A DNA stretch of 62,948 nucleotides, filler included, from Licmophora abbreviata (GCA_900291995.1; 17 parts of 17 records of this genome joined end to end with filler, not necessarily neighbours in it), one strand, 5' to 3'. Counted from the first letter of the whole stretch, positions 34,227-47,204 are shown. The notes: generated by a model from the sequence alone, not told the origin. Program-made: numbers and translations.

Positions 34227-35261
34227 ATGAAGTTCCTTCCTCAGTCGACCGCTGTGCTTCTCGTCCTACTAATATCCCCTTCACTCGCAAGTGGTTCGAA
34301 TCTACGTTCTGGCAATGCATTGAGCAACAAACTTCTTCGCCATGCCGTATCCGAATGGCTGAGCAATCGAACGAGCGCAATCCAAACATATGGTCACATA
34401 TCGTTTTGGGATGTTTCTCGAGTCACCGACTTCTCCCGTTTGTTCATCGGCATGTCAGAGTTTGACGAGGACTTGTCCGCTTGGAACATGCGCAAGGCAC
34501 AGGACACAAGCCATATGTTCAAGGGAGCGTTGTTATTTAAGAGTGACTTATCCAAGTGGAATACAGCCAATGTCCGAGACATGAGCCACATGTTTCACGA
34601 CGCTGCATCCTTCACAAGCGATCTGTCCGCCTGGAATACCGACAAGGTGTTTGATTTTTCGTACATGTTTTCCGGTGCCACACTGTTCGATGGAGATGTC
34701 TCAACATGGGACGTAACGAACTCGCACACTCTCAAGTATATGTTTTTCAATGCAACAAGTTTTCGTGGGGACGTATCGCGGTGGACCATTCCTAAAAAGA
34801 AGGAAAGTAGTGAGCCGGTGACAGGGATTCAATACAGATGGGCGCAAAACATGAGATCGATGTTTGAGGGAGCAGTTTTATTCAACAGCGATCTTTCTCA
34901 ATGGGAGACATGGTCGACCTACAATATGAATTCCATGTTCAAGGATGCATCGAGCTTCACAGGCGGTGAGGATGGTTCCCTTTCAGGATGGAATGTGAAA
35001 CACGTGGAAGATTTCCGGGAAATGTTTGTCGGGTCAAGGTTTGACCAAGAGCTATGTTGGACTGTAAAGTCGGATTCCAATACAACTGGGATGTTCGACG
35101 AGGCCGGTGGGGCACTGCGATCGGAATGTCAGACGATCCGACACACCGGCGATGACGGGCAAAAATGGCCACAGGAATCATCGGAGGCTGCAAGCCCAAT
35201 GTCTGCGGCGCTTTTAATGTGCGTTGTGGCTACCCTTGGGCTCGTAGCTAGCATCGTGTAA
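34227..35261 (+). CDS. Secreted/surface DUF285-type (BspA-like) repeat protein with hydrophobic C-terminal anchor
   Basis: Signal peptide. ~25-aa repeats of the type DLSxWNTxNVxDMSxMF. YGHISFWDVSRVTD cap. C-terminal hydrophobic tail. No introns. Confidence 0.85.
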   Translation: MKFLPQSTAVLLVLLISPSLASGSNLRSGNALSNKLLRHAVSEWLSNRTSAIQTYGHISFWDVSRVTDFSRLFIGMSEFDEDLSAWNMRKAQDTSHMFKGALLFKSDLSKWNTANVRDMSHMFHDAASFTSDLSAWNTDKVFDFSYMFSGATLFDGDVSTWDVTNSHTLKYMFFNATSFRGDVSRWTIPKKKESSEPVTGIQYRWAQNMRSMFEGAVLFNSDLSQWETWSTYNMNSMFKDASSFTGGEDGSLSGWNVKHVEDFREMFVGSRFDQELCWTVKSDSNTTGMFDEAGGALRSECQTIRHTGDDGQKWPQESSEAASPMSAALLMCVVATLGLVASIV

Positions 35262-35667
35262 AATCTGTTAATTGTGCAATCGAAACAACACTGGCCGCAG
35301 CATTTCTTTCCTTTGAACTTGAAGCGATCGTATCGTTCATGCGCGGTGAGATTGATTACTACCGCACTACAAACGGGCGAGTGATCGAGCGAGCAGCACG
35401 TGATCTCCGACGGCATCCGTTTTCTACAAAGCTTTGCAGTACTGAAAATTCGTTGACAAAATTCAAATCCTCGTTGCCCTTGTATTGTCGTTGTTTTGTG
35501 GCGTTGAAGTGACGCGACTCTTTGCCCATCGGCGACGGCAACAGAGAGGCTTTCCTCGTTGTTTTCTCTTGTTCCAGAGTTCGTCGCACATTGATTTCGT
35601 GGAAAGCACAGAAGAAGAGACCCCGTTGACCCGACTCGTCCCCGTCTGCACCAGAAAACTGAGAATC

Positions 35668-36401
35668 ATGACTTCCGTCTTTCCTGGCTTTCGCTACAGC
35701 GTCGACGATGGTACGTTGCTTCCTTGTCGTTGACTCGTCGTTTCTGTCCTGTCACTGGAACGACTGTCCGACTCATCCCCTTGCCTTATCGATATTTCTC
35801 TCACCCAGAGCCGACCGACAGCTGGACTGTGGAGGAGCTCATGCAGTGGGTTTTGCTACGAAGCCATCAAGCCACCGATCGCAAGCACGACGAGCTCGTC
35901 GCCGAACTGGACTGTCAGATGGAAGAAGGCGAAGCCGAAATCTGGACTTGCCACGAGCAAGCTCTCAAAGCAGATGATGTGGTCGAAGAGACCGCCGAGA
36001 ATGCAGATCCGCAACAGTCGTCGGGCACAGACAGCAGCAACGCCAAGCAGAAGAAGACCTCTTCTCGAATCAACACCATTCACGTCGTCGTGGCCGAAGG
36101 TCCCTACGACGGCCAATCTTTTAAGCTTCAGCTCCGACCGCGTGCTCCTTGTTGGGTGGGTCGTTCCGCGGGCAAGAAATTTAGAGAGCGTGGTATCAGT
36201 CTTGCCAAGGACGCGGAAGTCTCCACTACACATGGCAAGTTCGAGCTCATCTCAGGCAAGGCGTACTTTACCGACACGGGATCTACCAACGGGACGCAGT
36301 GCAACGGACAAGATATGGACCCCAACGAACCAATGGAACTGAATAATGGGATGCTATTGAAGATCGGTGCCACGCTCGTCAAAATTACGTTGGAATCGTA
36401 G
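35668..36401 (+). CDS. FHA-domain protein; intron 35711-35808
   Basis: WVGRS...KDAEVSTTHG...DTGSTNGT...LKIG is a canonical FHA domain. GTACGT...CCAG intron restores the frame. Confidence 0.9.
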
Positions 36402-36700
36402 AGGCGTAAACTGGGTCCGGACCGATGATGCCAGTACCAGGTTGGCGCAAGCTGTCGAAGGGTTCTGCATCATACCCCACTGTAATTTATAAACATTCAC
36501 GAACAGCAAAAGAACTCTGTAGAAAAAATTACTATCAATGTCCACCCTCATATTCTACGTCAACCCGGCGATGCTATACTATGCCGTAGACAACCGACGA
36601 ATCCAGCTTCTTCGTCGGGAACAGACACACGATCTATACCTGCGTCCTCCACTCCAGTTCGCGGCATATCGTAACACTCGACTCTGTACGCTTGACACAT

Positions 36701-38362
36701 CTAGTCCGTAAGCTCAAACTGCACTCCAAGCTTAATCTTTTCAGCCTGCTCTGCAATTTGCGCTACCGCCACAGCCTTCGTCGCAGCATCCTCCAAGTCG
36801 CTCGCCAGAATCATTCGGTATCCGCAACTCTCAATCAACATTTTGGCTTGATCGACATTGGTTCCCTGCAAACGGATCACAATGGGCTTGCGAATACCGA
36901 TCTCTTTCGCCGCATTGATGATTCCGTTGGCAATAATGTCGCAACGCATGATACCGCCAAAAATATTGACGAGAATAGCCTTGACATTGTCGTCGCTGTT
37001 CAAGATCTCAAACGCTTTCTGAACCTGCTTCTCATTGGCACCGCCGCCGACATCCAGAAAGTTCGCTGGCGAGCCACCCTTGAGCTGAATAATGTCCATG
37101 GTGGACATGGCAAGTCCAGCTCCGTTCACCATGCATCCGATGGATCCATCGAGTCCAATGTAGTTGAGATCGTACTTGGAGGCTTCGACTTCACGAGGGT
37201 CTTCTTGGGTGTAGTCGCGTCGCTCAAAGATGGTCGACTGACGAAACTCGGCGTTGTCATCAAAGTTGACCTTGGCATCGCAGACCACGACATCGCCGTC
37301 GGGCGTTTCGGCAAGCGGGTTGACTTCGACTTGTGTGCAGTCGCACCCCTCAAACATATTGTACAAGTGCTTCATAAGGTCAATTGCCTTGTTGTACGGG
37401 CTACTACCAGGTTCCAATCCGAGGTTAGCAGCCATGCGTTCGCACTGCTCATGCTGCAATCCTTCGATAATGTCGATTGGTTCAGTAAAGATAACTTCGG
37501 GGTTAGTTTCAGCAACGTCTTCAATGGNNNNNNNNNNNNNNNNNNNNNNNNNNNNNNNNNNNNNNNNNNNNTTAATTAATTAANNNNNNNNNNNNNNNNN
37601 NNNNNNNNNNNNNNNNNNNNNNNNNNNAAAGATAACTTCGGGGTTAGTTTCAGCAACGTCTTCAATGGAAGTTCCGCCACGAGGACTGGCCACCATGAGG
37701 GGTCCCTGACTGGCGCGATCCATGAGAATAGAAAGGTACATTTCGCGACGCATGTACATGCGCTCCATCAAGTAGACCTTTCCACAATGAATTCCATTGG
37801 GAGCTTGCTTGGTGATAAGGTCTTCGCCGAGCATCTGGGAGGCGTAGTCGCGCGCTTGGCCCTCCTTGGTGACCATGTGGACTCCGCCCTTGAAACCATT
37901 CTTAAATGTTCCGAGTCCCCGTCCGCCCGACAAGACCTGTGCCTTGATGACGACGTCCTTGCGGTTCTTTGGATCTGTCAGCAGAAAATGAGGCAGGGGG
38001 CAGTTATGAGAGGGCGACTGCACACTGGTGCTGGACACATAGCGAGCGTCAACAGCGTCGCTGATAGAGATGCCGTCGTATCCAGAATTCTAGAACCTGA
38101 AATCAGCAGCACGCAATTTTCATTCTACTTCACACTCATAATCGTCGATAGAGCACTCACCATGATTCAGCTGATGCATGTAAATGTTCTCCGCTTCCTC
38201 TGGATTGGTCGCGACGTATCCTTCGGGCGTGGCAATCTTGTGATTATTCATAATTTCCATGGAAATGTACTCGTGGACATTGAGGTTTCGGACAGCGCCC
38301 AGAGCCGGAATGGACGTCCGGCGAGCCACCAGTTTAGTAGCAGTCTTCAAGGAAGATAACAT
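36701..38362 (-). CDS. Mitochondrial succinyl-CoA synthetase beta subunit; intron 37975-38160; spans spacer with overlapping ends
   Basis: RNLNVHEY, VIKAQVLSGGRG, EVNPL, DAKVNFDDNAEFRQ, GCMVNGAGLAM, ANFLDVGGGA, VNIFGGI. Confidence 0.96.
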
Positions 38363-38558
38363 GCTTGTAATTTGGTAGAAGAAATGAAGCAGACAAGAAC
38401 GAGCAGGGCGAATACTTCAAGATCCATGCGGACGATGATGAATGGCAGGCAGCAGTGTGATGGCGAGAGACACGCCAAACAGAAGAAAGATCCGGAAGTA
38501 GAAAAGCAGCGAGCGGCAGGCAGACACCGGAGTTCGCAGAGGAATGTCAATCGATGGT

Positions 38559-39041
38559 GACGCGCGCGATCTTTTTTTAGCGCGAGCACGCGGTATCTTG
38601 TCTTTCCAAAAGTTCCCGCCAAACCACACAATCTTTGAATCTTTGACTTTCGCGCCATGGAACCACGAGACGGCGGTGTAGATCGAAACTTAACTTTGTA
38701 GACACAGAGCATTCTCAACATGAGTGGCGATTCGACGACAGTACTGGATAAGGANNNNNNNNNNNNNNNNNNNNNNNNNNNNNNNNNNNNNNNNNNNNTT
38801 AATTAATTAANNNNNNNNNNNNNNNNNNNNNNNNNNNNNNNNNNNNNNNNNNNNGACGCGCGCGACTTTTTTTAGCGCGAGCACGCGGTATCTTGTCTTT
38901 CCAAAAGTTCCCGCCAAACCACACAATCTTTGACTTTCGCGCCACGGAACCACGAAACGGCGGTGTAGATCGAAACTTAACTTTGTAGACACAGAGCATT
39001 CTCAACATGAGTGGCGATTCGACGACAGTACTGGATAAGGA
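38559..39041. repeat. ~190-bp direct duplication across spacer (38559-38754 vs 38855-39041), probably allelic contig overlap
   Basis: Near-identical copies differing by two substitutions, an 8-nt indel and a small indel at a T-run. Confidence 0.85.
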
Positions 39042-41253
39042 CGAAGATGCTGTAGGAATTGTCTCATTCCTGTCTCCCGATGCACACGGTGGCTTTACGG
39101 CCGTCTTGAAGGCACGCTACTCTGATTTTATAGTCCATGAAGGTACGTTGTACGCGATGAGTTGACGGACTAGAATGTGGGAGAGTCATGCTTAAGTTAA
39201 CTGGTTTCGGTAATTTTGTACTGGCTACTGACGCCATTGTCTTTTGGTCGTCGTCGCCTTCTTTATCATGGCAAAAGTTGGGCGCGATGGAGAGGTTGCC
39301 AAGCTGGAGTCCCTCGAGGTTCCGGAAGACATGAAGCCACCACCAGAAGCACCGAAAGAGGCCGCGGAAGAAAACAGTGCAGAGGAAGCGACTGCACAAA
39401 AGTCCCGAAAACGAAAGTTATCTGCTGATGACGATAAGGAAACCCCAACGGGGACAGAAGAACAGGAACAGGATTCGTGGTCAATCGCACTATCGAAGCT
39501 TTCCAACAGCGTAGGGTCCGACTGCGCTGAACGAACAATCACTATGCTACGTTATTGGGACGAAGAACAGGCACGTACTACAGGCAGCAGTGTCCACAAT
39601 AGCCACACTCAGGGAAAGTATCACATTATGCCCGCCTTACCGGATAAGCAAGCACGTCGAACTTTGCACGAACTCGTTCGATCGAAGCTATCCTTTTGTG
39701 CTCTTGCGGACACCGAGCAGGGACGCGTTCGCATATGGCACAAGCGCTTCGAAAAGGAAATGCCCAACTATGGAAAGTTTGATCGAAACGGTAGTCAAGC
39801 TGGCAAACCAAGAAAGCCCAAGGCTCAATGGAGAACGTCGACACGAGTGTGGCAACCAAGGAGGTTACGTCGTCGGTTGTCTCAAGGTGGCAAGCGCAAG
39901 GTTCAGATTGGCTATGCTGGTATGAAGGATAAACGTGGTGTGACCAGTCAGTTCTGTACCTTGTACCGTCAAGACCCGTTCGACTTGTTATGGATCAACG
40001 AACAAGGACAGGGAGGCGGCAATACAAACTCCGGTCGGGTCGGTGCTATTCGCGTTGGGAACTTCCGTTACGTTCCCAAGGAAATCCGAATGGGGGCATT
40101 GAAGGGGAATCGTTTTCACGTTACCCTTCGCAACGTGGAGGTACTGCAGAAGGCAGACACGGACTCAACGGCGCAGACGGAGGAAGATCGAGTATCGAGT
40201 ACGGAAACGTGTTTGGAGAACGCAGCTCGTGCGTTTCGGGAACTCGGCTTCATCAACTATTTTGGCATGCAGCGTTTCGGCAAGTACATTGACACTCACA
40301 AGGTTGGAATCGCTGTAGTGAAGGGAGACTTCGAGTCTGCTGTGAATATCATCATGAGACCCAAACCTGATGAGCAGCTTCGATCTGCAAAGGCTCGTAA
40401 TGTCTGGGCCCGGCGCTTTGATGCCGTCGAAGACATTGCCGACCGTGAGGCCAAGGCCACAGCCGAGTCGTCCGGAGCCAAGGAGTCACTGAAGGACATG
40501 GGGAGATTTATGACTTGCGAGGTTGCAATCCTTCAAAGCTTATTGCGAAAACCATTGGATTACAAGCGTGCATTCTGCTGCATCCCAAAGTCACTTCGAC
40601 TGATGTTCCTGCATGCGCTGCAGAGCTATGTGTGGAATCGGGTTGCGTCGCAGCGAGTCAACAGTGCAGGGTGTGACGTGATTATGGGCGATCTGGTGCT
40701 CATAGAAGATAAGGATGAGGCTGGTGGGGGCTCCGGTACTTCAGGCCTAAATGGTAAAAAGGTCAAGGTTGTAGACGCCGACGACGTGGCGAAAGGAAAG
40801 GTCTCCATTGTGGATGTTGTGTTGCCGCTCATGGGAACAAAAGTGCAGTACCCAACAAGCGATATGGGCTCTCTGTTTGAGAAGATACTGGAGGAGCTGG
40901 GACTTCGCAAGGAGCAGCTTGGTAGTATACAGGATCGAGAATTGAAGGTGGGCGGTGACTATCGAAAGCTAATATGCCGTCCAGCCCATGTCGAGTTCAA
41001 CGTTGTTCAGTATACCGATCCACTGCAACCTCTATTGCCGACAGACTTGATGCTGATGAAAAACGAACCACTTGAGACGATGGAAAATGCGATAGACGAA
41101 TCGAAAGATGTGATTTTTGGAATGTCAGTCGAGTTCACTCTCCCTCCCTCTTCATATGCAACGATTGCTTTACGGGAACTAATGAAAAGACCAACATCAA
41201 GTAACTACCAGAGCCAATTGAGACTGGAAAGGCCACCAAACGACACCCAATAG
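39007..41253 (+). CDS. PUS7: TruD-family pseudouridine synthase; intron 39143-39277; local lesion at ~39830-39870
   Basis: LKARYSDFIVHE, GYAGMKDKRGVTSQ (catalytic Asp), LKGNRF, GFINYFGMQRFG, HALQSYVWN, GDYRKL, FTLPPSSYATIALREL. Confidence 0.93.
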
Positions 41254-41831
41254 CCATCATACAAAGCCGTTTCGCATCACCAAATCCTACTTACAATAGA
41301 GTTTCGATAAGTACTCTTGCAATGATCCATAATGGTTGGTACACAGCTCGAGCTCGAGCTCTCGCGAGAACTCTTGCCAGCACCTTTAGATTTATAAATG
41401 CAAACAGAAACACTTCAGATGAGAACAAACAATAGACGAAGTCCACGTTGAGAAATATGACTTCCCTATGACCGATACGTCACGCCTTCGTAGTTCTCAA
41501 ATCGCAATGACTGGCAGCGCAAAGGAGACGTTCGCTTGGGACTTATCCTGTCCAGTGCAATTAGACGGTTCGAAGCGAGAAAAGGACAGATCGGGTCAAT
41601 TGTTTATATATAGGCACGACGCAAAGCGATTGTTCAGTTTTATCATTGGGGCCCAAAGGACCGCCTACTAATTATGGCCTCTTGTCTCCCATCACAAAAT
41701 TCACCCCTCCGACAGTGGCATCACATTTTTTCCGAGCCGTGGCCACCAGCGTACCAAAGTCTCCTTCTATCCCACCCCTCTTTCCCTTTGCTCACATTTA
41801 CTGCTCACACACAAACACGCACACACATATA

Positions 41832-42752
41832 ATGGCCAGCGAGCTTGGTGGCAAGCCGAGATGGTCGGACATCGAGGTGCTCGTCGGTGACAAGCTCCTG
41901 TGGAGAGAATTGCAGACGAGTCTATCGTCCTCCAACGCTATTACGAGCATGGCAATCAACGAACTAACTCACAGCTTCATCGATGAGAATCGCGCCTTTC
42001 TGGAACAGAGAAGGGCCGCCATGTCAACTCATTACTTAAATGACGAGGCTAGTCACTCCCCTGAGCAGATGAAGATGAAATCGAAAGGAGATCCACGAGA
42101 TAGCCAGAAGTCATCGGCGCCGACAAGACTACCACTGTCCCACCACCGCTTAGCCAATGTTTTCAAGAGATCAAGCTTGTCTCCACCGCCACACAAGAGC
42201 GTCACTTCCTTTGGATTAAGAGGAGGAAGTTCATCTGATGAGAACACATCAACCAAAGGGAAACGCGCTTTCTCCCTTGGTATCACCTCTGATCTTCCTC
42301 TCCCCAGTTTCGCATCCACAATGAGTGACTCATCAATAGACTCAGAGGATGATTGCTCAGTTGGAGAGGACATGCTGCCCATCCGAAATACCGAAATATC
42401 CATTACGAATCTGGGGGAAGTCTTCGATGATATGAAGTCTCCCCGAAAGTGGTCATCGAACGGTGTTAAGACAGGCAGAATCAGAGAGCTTGGCATGGCT
42501 ATTTCCCTATCAGACAAACTTAGACGCAATCCTGGCTTTGCCAAGGCGTTGGATAACTTGACCGTCGCTGTTGAATCGCACTGCGGGACGACATTGACGT
42601 CTTCCGACGATTCCGTCTCTTTAACCATGCAGGAACATCCCGAGCTTTGCAGCAATGATGATGACTCTTTGCTCGTCGATTTCCCTGAACGACCTCGCTC
42701 GCCAACTCAGACTTACTCGTATTTCACCCCTCCTGTTGCCACGACTGCATAG
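41832..42752 (+). CDS. Hypothetical Ser-rich protein
   Basis: Long ORF with ATG after a CA-rich leader. Helical N-terminus (PRWSDIE...LWRELQ) then low complexity. Confidence 0.6.
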   Translation: MASELGGKPRWSDIEVLVGDKLLWRELQTSLSSSNAITSMAINELTHSFIDENRAFLEQRRAAMSTHYLNDEASHSPEQMKMKSKGDPRDSQKSSAPTRLPLSHHRLANVFKRSSLSPPPHKSVTSFGLRGGSSSDENTSTKGKRAFSLGITSDLPLPSFASTMSDSSIDSEDDCSVGEDMLPIRNTEISITNLGEVFDDMKSPRKWSSNGVKTGRIRELGMAISLSDKLRRNPGFAKALDNLTVAVESHCGTTLTSSDDSVSLTMQEHPELCSNDDDSLLVDFPERPRSPTQTYSYFTPPVATTA

Positions 42753-43822
42753 TCGCTGTCAACTTTGATCCCCGTATGAAGTACAGCTTGTACCGAGATT
42801 TCGTGTCTGTAATCAACTAGCATTTCTTGTGAACTTGTTCTCACTGTGATACGCAAATGTGACCTCAATGGTTTCCTCATGAGGTGCGAACATATCTCTA
42901 GCTAGAGTCGGAAACGGAGGCAACACGGTGTCTGCTACATGTCATGCCAAACTCCGCCACAACACTCCAAAATCTACCTTACGACGGCATTCTACGAGAG
43001 GCATCCCAAATCGCATTTGTGTATCGCCATTGATTCTTGATCACCTACGTTTCGCAAGAGACGCTATGCCGGTATTGGTACGACACGACGTTCATGTCGA
43101 GACATGGTNNNNNNNNNNNNNNNNNNNNNNNNNNNNNNNNNNNNNNNNNNNNTTAATTAATTAANNNNNNNNNNNNNNNNNNNNNNNNNNNNNNNNNNNN
43201 NNNNNNNNCATCGAAAGTATGCATCCAAGCAGTTTCGCCTCAGGCAATTGACGTTTGCGGAACTGGAAGAAGAGAGACGGAGAGAGCTAAGGCAAACATG
43301 GCTGCGGAGTACGATCGAATCATGGATAAGCAGACCCAAGCGTGAGCAGCGATACGTTCGGAAAGGGGCACCGGGGCAATGAATGATCATGAATGATGAA
43401 CGATACATGAGAAAGCGAGTGACAAGCCATTCCCACAGAGAGGATAAATGGCGATAAAAGTTTGGTTTACAGAGCTCTGACATCTGTATCGTCGTAATGG
43501 ATCTTAGACTTGTCGAAAAAGCAACCTGGGTTGTCGCTCCATGAAAGAGGGTCCGACTTGACCCGTGATGTGAAGCTTGACGCGAAAATGGATTCAAAAT
43601 GTCTCTTGAATGATCTCTTCGACTCAGAAATATCTCCGCGCGCGAGCACACAACATGACATTATGTCGTCGTCGCCGCGATGCCGTGCGATCATGGCATA
43701 TCATGATGGCGCCGTGTACGAGTAGACCTGTAAACTACGGCCGCCCCGAGAATCATTTCGCTCGGCTAATTCGTTGCCATCTTTCCAGTTTGAGGCTATA
43801 AAGGGTCGTATCGAGTGAACTA

Positions 43823-45187
43823 ATGAGATGGAATCGCGATAAATCTCTCCGTCTGAGCGCTGCCGCGCTGCGTACAGTCGGTGGGTCAAGGATACGAGGC
43901 GACAGCAGACTCATCCTGTCACCAAAGCAGCATTCGTCTCCGTCTCCCGCCACCGCTACAACGGTGGAAGGAGACGCCCCGAGAGACCGGTGGCGAGCGG
44001 GCGACCTTTCGACTCCGCCAAGGCCGATTTTCCCTTGGCGGCATGATCCGAACCCACTGCCTCGTCTTGTGGGAGAACACGCAAAGCGAGGGGGCATACT
44101 GGGACCTGATCATCCGATTCTATCTCCAACAGAAACAACGGTGATATCGGCCATTTGCTCGCAATTTTGTGGTTATCTTCTTAATATCCCATGGTATGAG
44201 CGCTTGCTTACCTCGGGCTGGAAACAAGAGTTGGCGGAAGCAAGTGGGTGGGCGTTTGCCCAGGCTGTCGCAGGAGTGTTGTCTAATACGTACCGAGGTG
44301 AGTTTGACTCAATTGAGACAAGAGAGACATGATTTGAAGACACGTCAGTCTCTTACAGCATACAATTTGTCGCTCCAGTCCCCTTTGACGGCATCATGAA
44401 GAACGCCGACACAGAGAAAGATGCCGACTTGCAAAACTCTGTCAATTTCGAGCACACAACAAGCGCTCGAAAGCTGGAAGACGCAAACGCTCCATTTCCA
44501 CAAGCAGACAACATGATGGAGGAGAAGCTCATCAGCTTGTACGAAGCGGCACATGATTCGGGCAAGGAGCAGATGCTCATTCAGCTACTGACCAGACCGG
44601 TTTCGTCGCGACTTGTCAGTCTTTACCCGATTCCCTGCCTGACACGCAAAACTGTGAAGGAAAATCCTGCTCTTCAGCGTACGTATCACAATATNNNNNN
44701 NNNNNNNNNNNNNNNNNNNNNNNNNNNNNNNNNNNNNNTTAATTAATTAANNNNNNNNNNNNNNNNNNNNNNNNNNNNNNNNNNNNNNNNNNNNTATCAC
44801 AATATGCTATCTCAGTTGCAAGAAAAAGAAGAGGAACTAGGACGCGTGCTCAGCCACGTGGAAATAAGTCAATTTGTATCATATCGAATGATGGATCTAG
44901 CGAGAGAGCGGTTCGAGTTGCACCCCGACGGCTATGGACTGCTTGAGCATACGATAGTAGCACAGGTACTTGTGCACTGTGATGAAGTGTTTGGCGTAAA
45001 AGATCTCTTGACAGATAAGATGGTGCAGGGCGACGGCCTCCGACGAATCGTGCCACATCTGATACGCCTCGAAATGGATGGCCAGTCGCGATTCGAGCGT
45101 TCAAGATCATCAGCGACGCACCACCTGGGCTCGTGGATCATAACAGATTGGGACGATTTGCTAGGGGGTAACGTATGGCTCGGATAG
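43823..45187 (+). CDS. Putative mitochondrial protein with possible Tim44-like C-terminal domain; intron 44298-44378; spans spacer 44695-44794
   Basis: Arg-rich presequence. GTGAGT...CCAG intron joins ORFs 43823 and 44396. Contig ends overlap (tatcacaata). C-terminal AQVLVHCDEVF...H..RLE...WIITDWD resembles Tim44-type folds (inference). Confidence 0.6.
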
Positions 45188-45489
45188 ACACAATAGAAAT
45201 CATTGCGATCAGCATTAGGTTAGCACATCATCGTGAGAGTAAGTACTGCCTGCGGTATAGACTGTTCTCGTCTTTTCCGTTATTATGACTCGAGTCTTGA
45301 GTCATCGAGTCCAATCATGAGTACAATATGGACGGGCGGTGACAGACAAATCGTCCCACAGCCGCAGAAAGCTTGTCGTCGTCCTTCAGAACGACCAAAC
45401 CTATGAAATCGCCGCGGCGCAGCACTTGAGAGACGACACAGCACTTTTCTCTCGACTCACGAGGGCGTAGTTCCTGCCGGTTGACGACA

Positions 45490-46070
45490 ATGGTAAGTAT
45501 ATTCGATTTTCTATGCGCTGATTCCCTTGTGTGAACAGATTTCTATGAATGCTGCGACTTTTTCGTGCAAGGGCGGCTTCTCACCATTACCTCGACCCTC
45601 TGTCGCGTACCTTTTGCCGCAGCCGACTGGAAAAGGGAGCAAGCTTCTGCGATATGTGGAGCACCGTATGCGTGTGACGCTCCATGATGGACGGGTCATT
45701 ATCGGAACATTTCTAGCGTTCGACAAGCACTTGAACCTTGTGCTGAGCGAAGCGGAAGAATTTCGTACACTTCGCAGCAAAGGCGGCGCGGCTCTCCTGG
45801 AAGAGCGCACTGAAAAGCGGAGTTTGGGGCTGGTGCTATTGCGGGGCGAAAATGTGGTTAGCTTGGCTGTCGAAGGACCTCCTCCGCCGAGTGCGTCGGG
45901 TAAACTCATGCCGGGTGGCCCAGGAATGGCACGGGGTGCTGGTCGCGGGACAAGTGCTCCAATGCCTCCTCCGGGCGGAGCGCCCATGGGACTGGGCGCC
46001 GCTCCTGTGCATGGAGTAGGAGGACCGGGTATGATGATGCCTCCTCCGCCTCCTGGTGCAGGGGGACCTC
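45490..46070 (+). CDS. SNRPB: snRNP core protein SmB/B'; first coding exon is ATG only (intron 45493-45622); 3' truncated
   Basis: ATG|GTAAGT...[13 protein letters not shown]. Sm1 [14 protein letters not shown], Sm2 [13 protein letters not shown], and a GRG/poly-Pro tail. Confidence 0.95.
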
Positions 46071-46170
46071 NNNNNNNNNNNNNNNNNNNNNNNNNNNNNN
46101 NNNNNNNNNNNNNNTTAATTAATTAANNNNNNNNNNNNNNNNNNNNNNNNNNNNNNNNNNNNNNNNNNNN

Positions 46171-47204
46171 TGCCTCCTCTTACCTTTGCATGCCATTCGG
46201 CGTGTGATCCAAGCATTGTCGTTTCTCTTGCTTCAGCACACCCTGACGCTACACTATACCAGAACTTGCAAGGGAGAAACGTCTTTCATCAATGTTGCCG
46301 GCTTCTCGGCGAATGGGGCTCCAAGAGCTCGCCCATCGCATCCATATTGTCGACCATTCAACCCGACCAAGTCCGAAGCGCACTTTTGTCTTTGGACCAA
46401 AAAGGACGCGCTCCAATTCATATTGCTTGTGGCAACCATAGCTCTATGCCCAACTCTGAATTCACCGCACTGGTCCACGCAACGCCAGTTGGTGCCTTAC
46501 AGCAGTCTCCATTGGAATATCTTTTGAACCAGAATGCCAAGGCTCTTCAGCAATCACTTAAGAATACGAAGCTCCCTAACAAGGAGATTTCGAACGGCGA
46601 CCCATCCTTGTATTGCAATGAAAGAAAGGTGATATCCGAGAAGAGCCTTTGGCTTTGGCGCCATAGTGAAAGTTATATTTTGTGGAGGTGTCTACGCAAG
46701 GCCTTTGTCTTACTGGGATATCGCGAGAACGAGGCGTCGACCTACCCGATGCTTCATTCCTCCCTGGAAATGGACCGCCAGTGCGAAACGTTTCTGGCAG
46801 AATGTATCTTACACCTCAATCCATTCTATGCTTGCCAATACCGGGCATCGGACGGTGCGCTCCCAATTCACGTCGCGTCGAGGTTGGCAAGAGATGCGAC
46901 ATCCAAAGAAGCATCTGATCAGTGGAAAGAAAGGATACGAAAGCTCCTGGTGCTTTATCCAAAGGGTGCATCAATATCGAACTTGGACGGAAGGTTCCCT
47001 CTACAGCTTCTAGTCGAACCGCATGGCTTTGCTACTTGGAGCCAAGTCCATCTGTTGTTGGAATCGCACCCTGTGGCCATTTCTCGACTTGACCTATCAG
47101 AGGCGATGTATCCTTATCTTCTCGCTCATCTCTGCAAAGCGAATCGCTTAGATTGTGTGTTTGAAATTCTGTGCAACACCCCGTCTCTTATCGAGCGACG
47201 TTGA
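46171..47204 (+). CDS. Ankyrin-like repeat protein, 5' truncated by gap
   Basis: Frame is open from the gap. Repeats GRNVFH, GRAPIHIAC, GALPIHVA, GRFPLQL. Confidence 0.7.

Noticed and set aside
37484..37667. Apparent internal duplications at gaps in SCS-beta (also IRE1 at ~21880-22040)
   Set aside because: These are identical contig-end overlaps around spacers.
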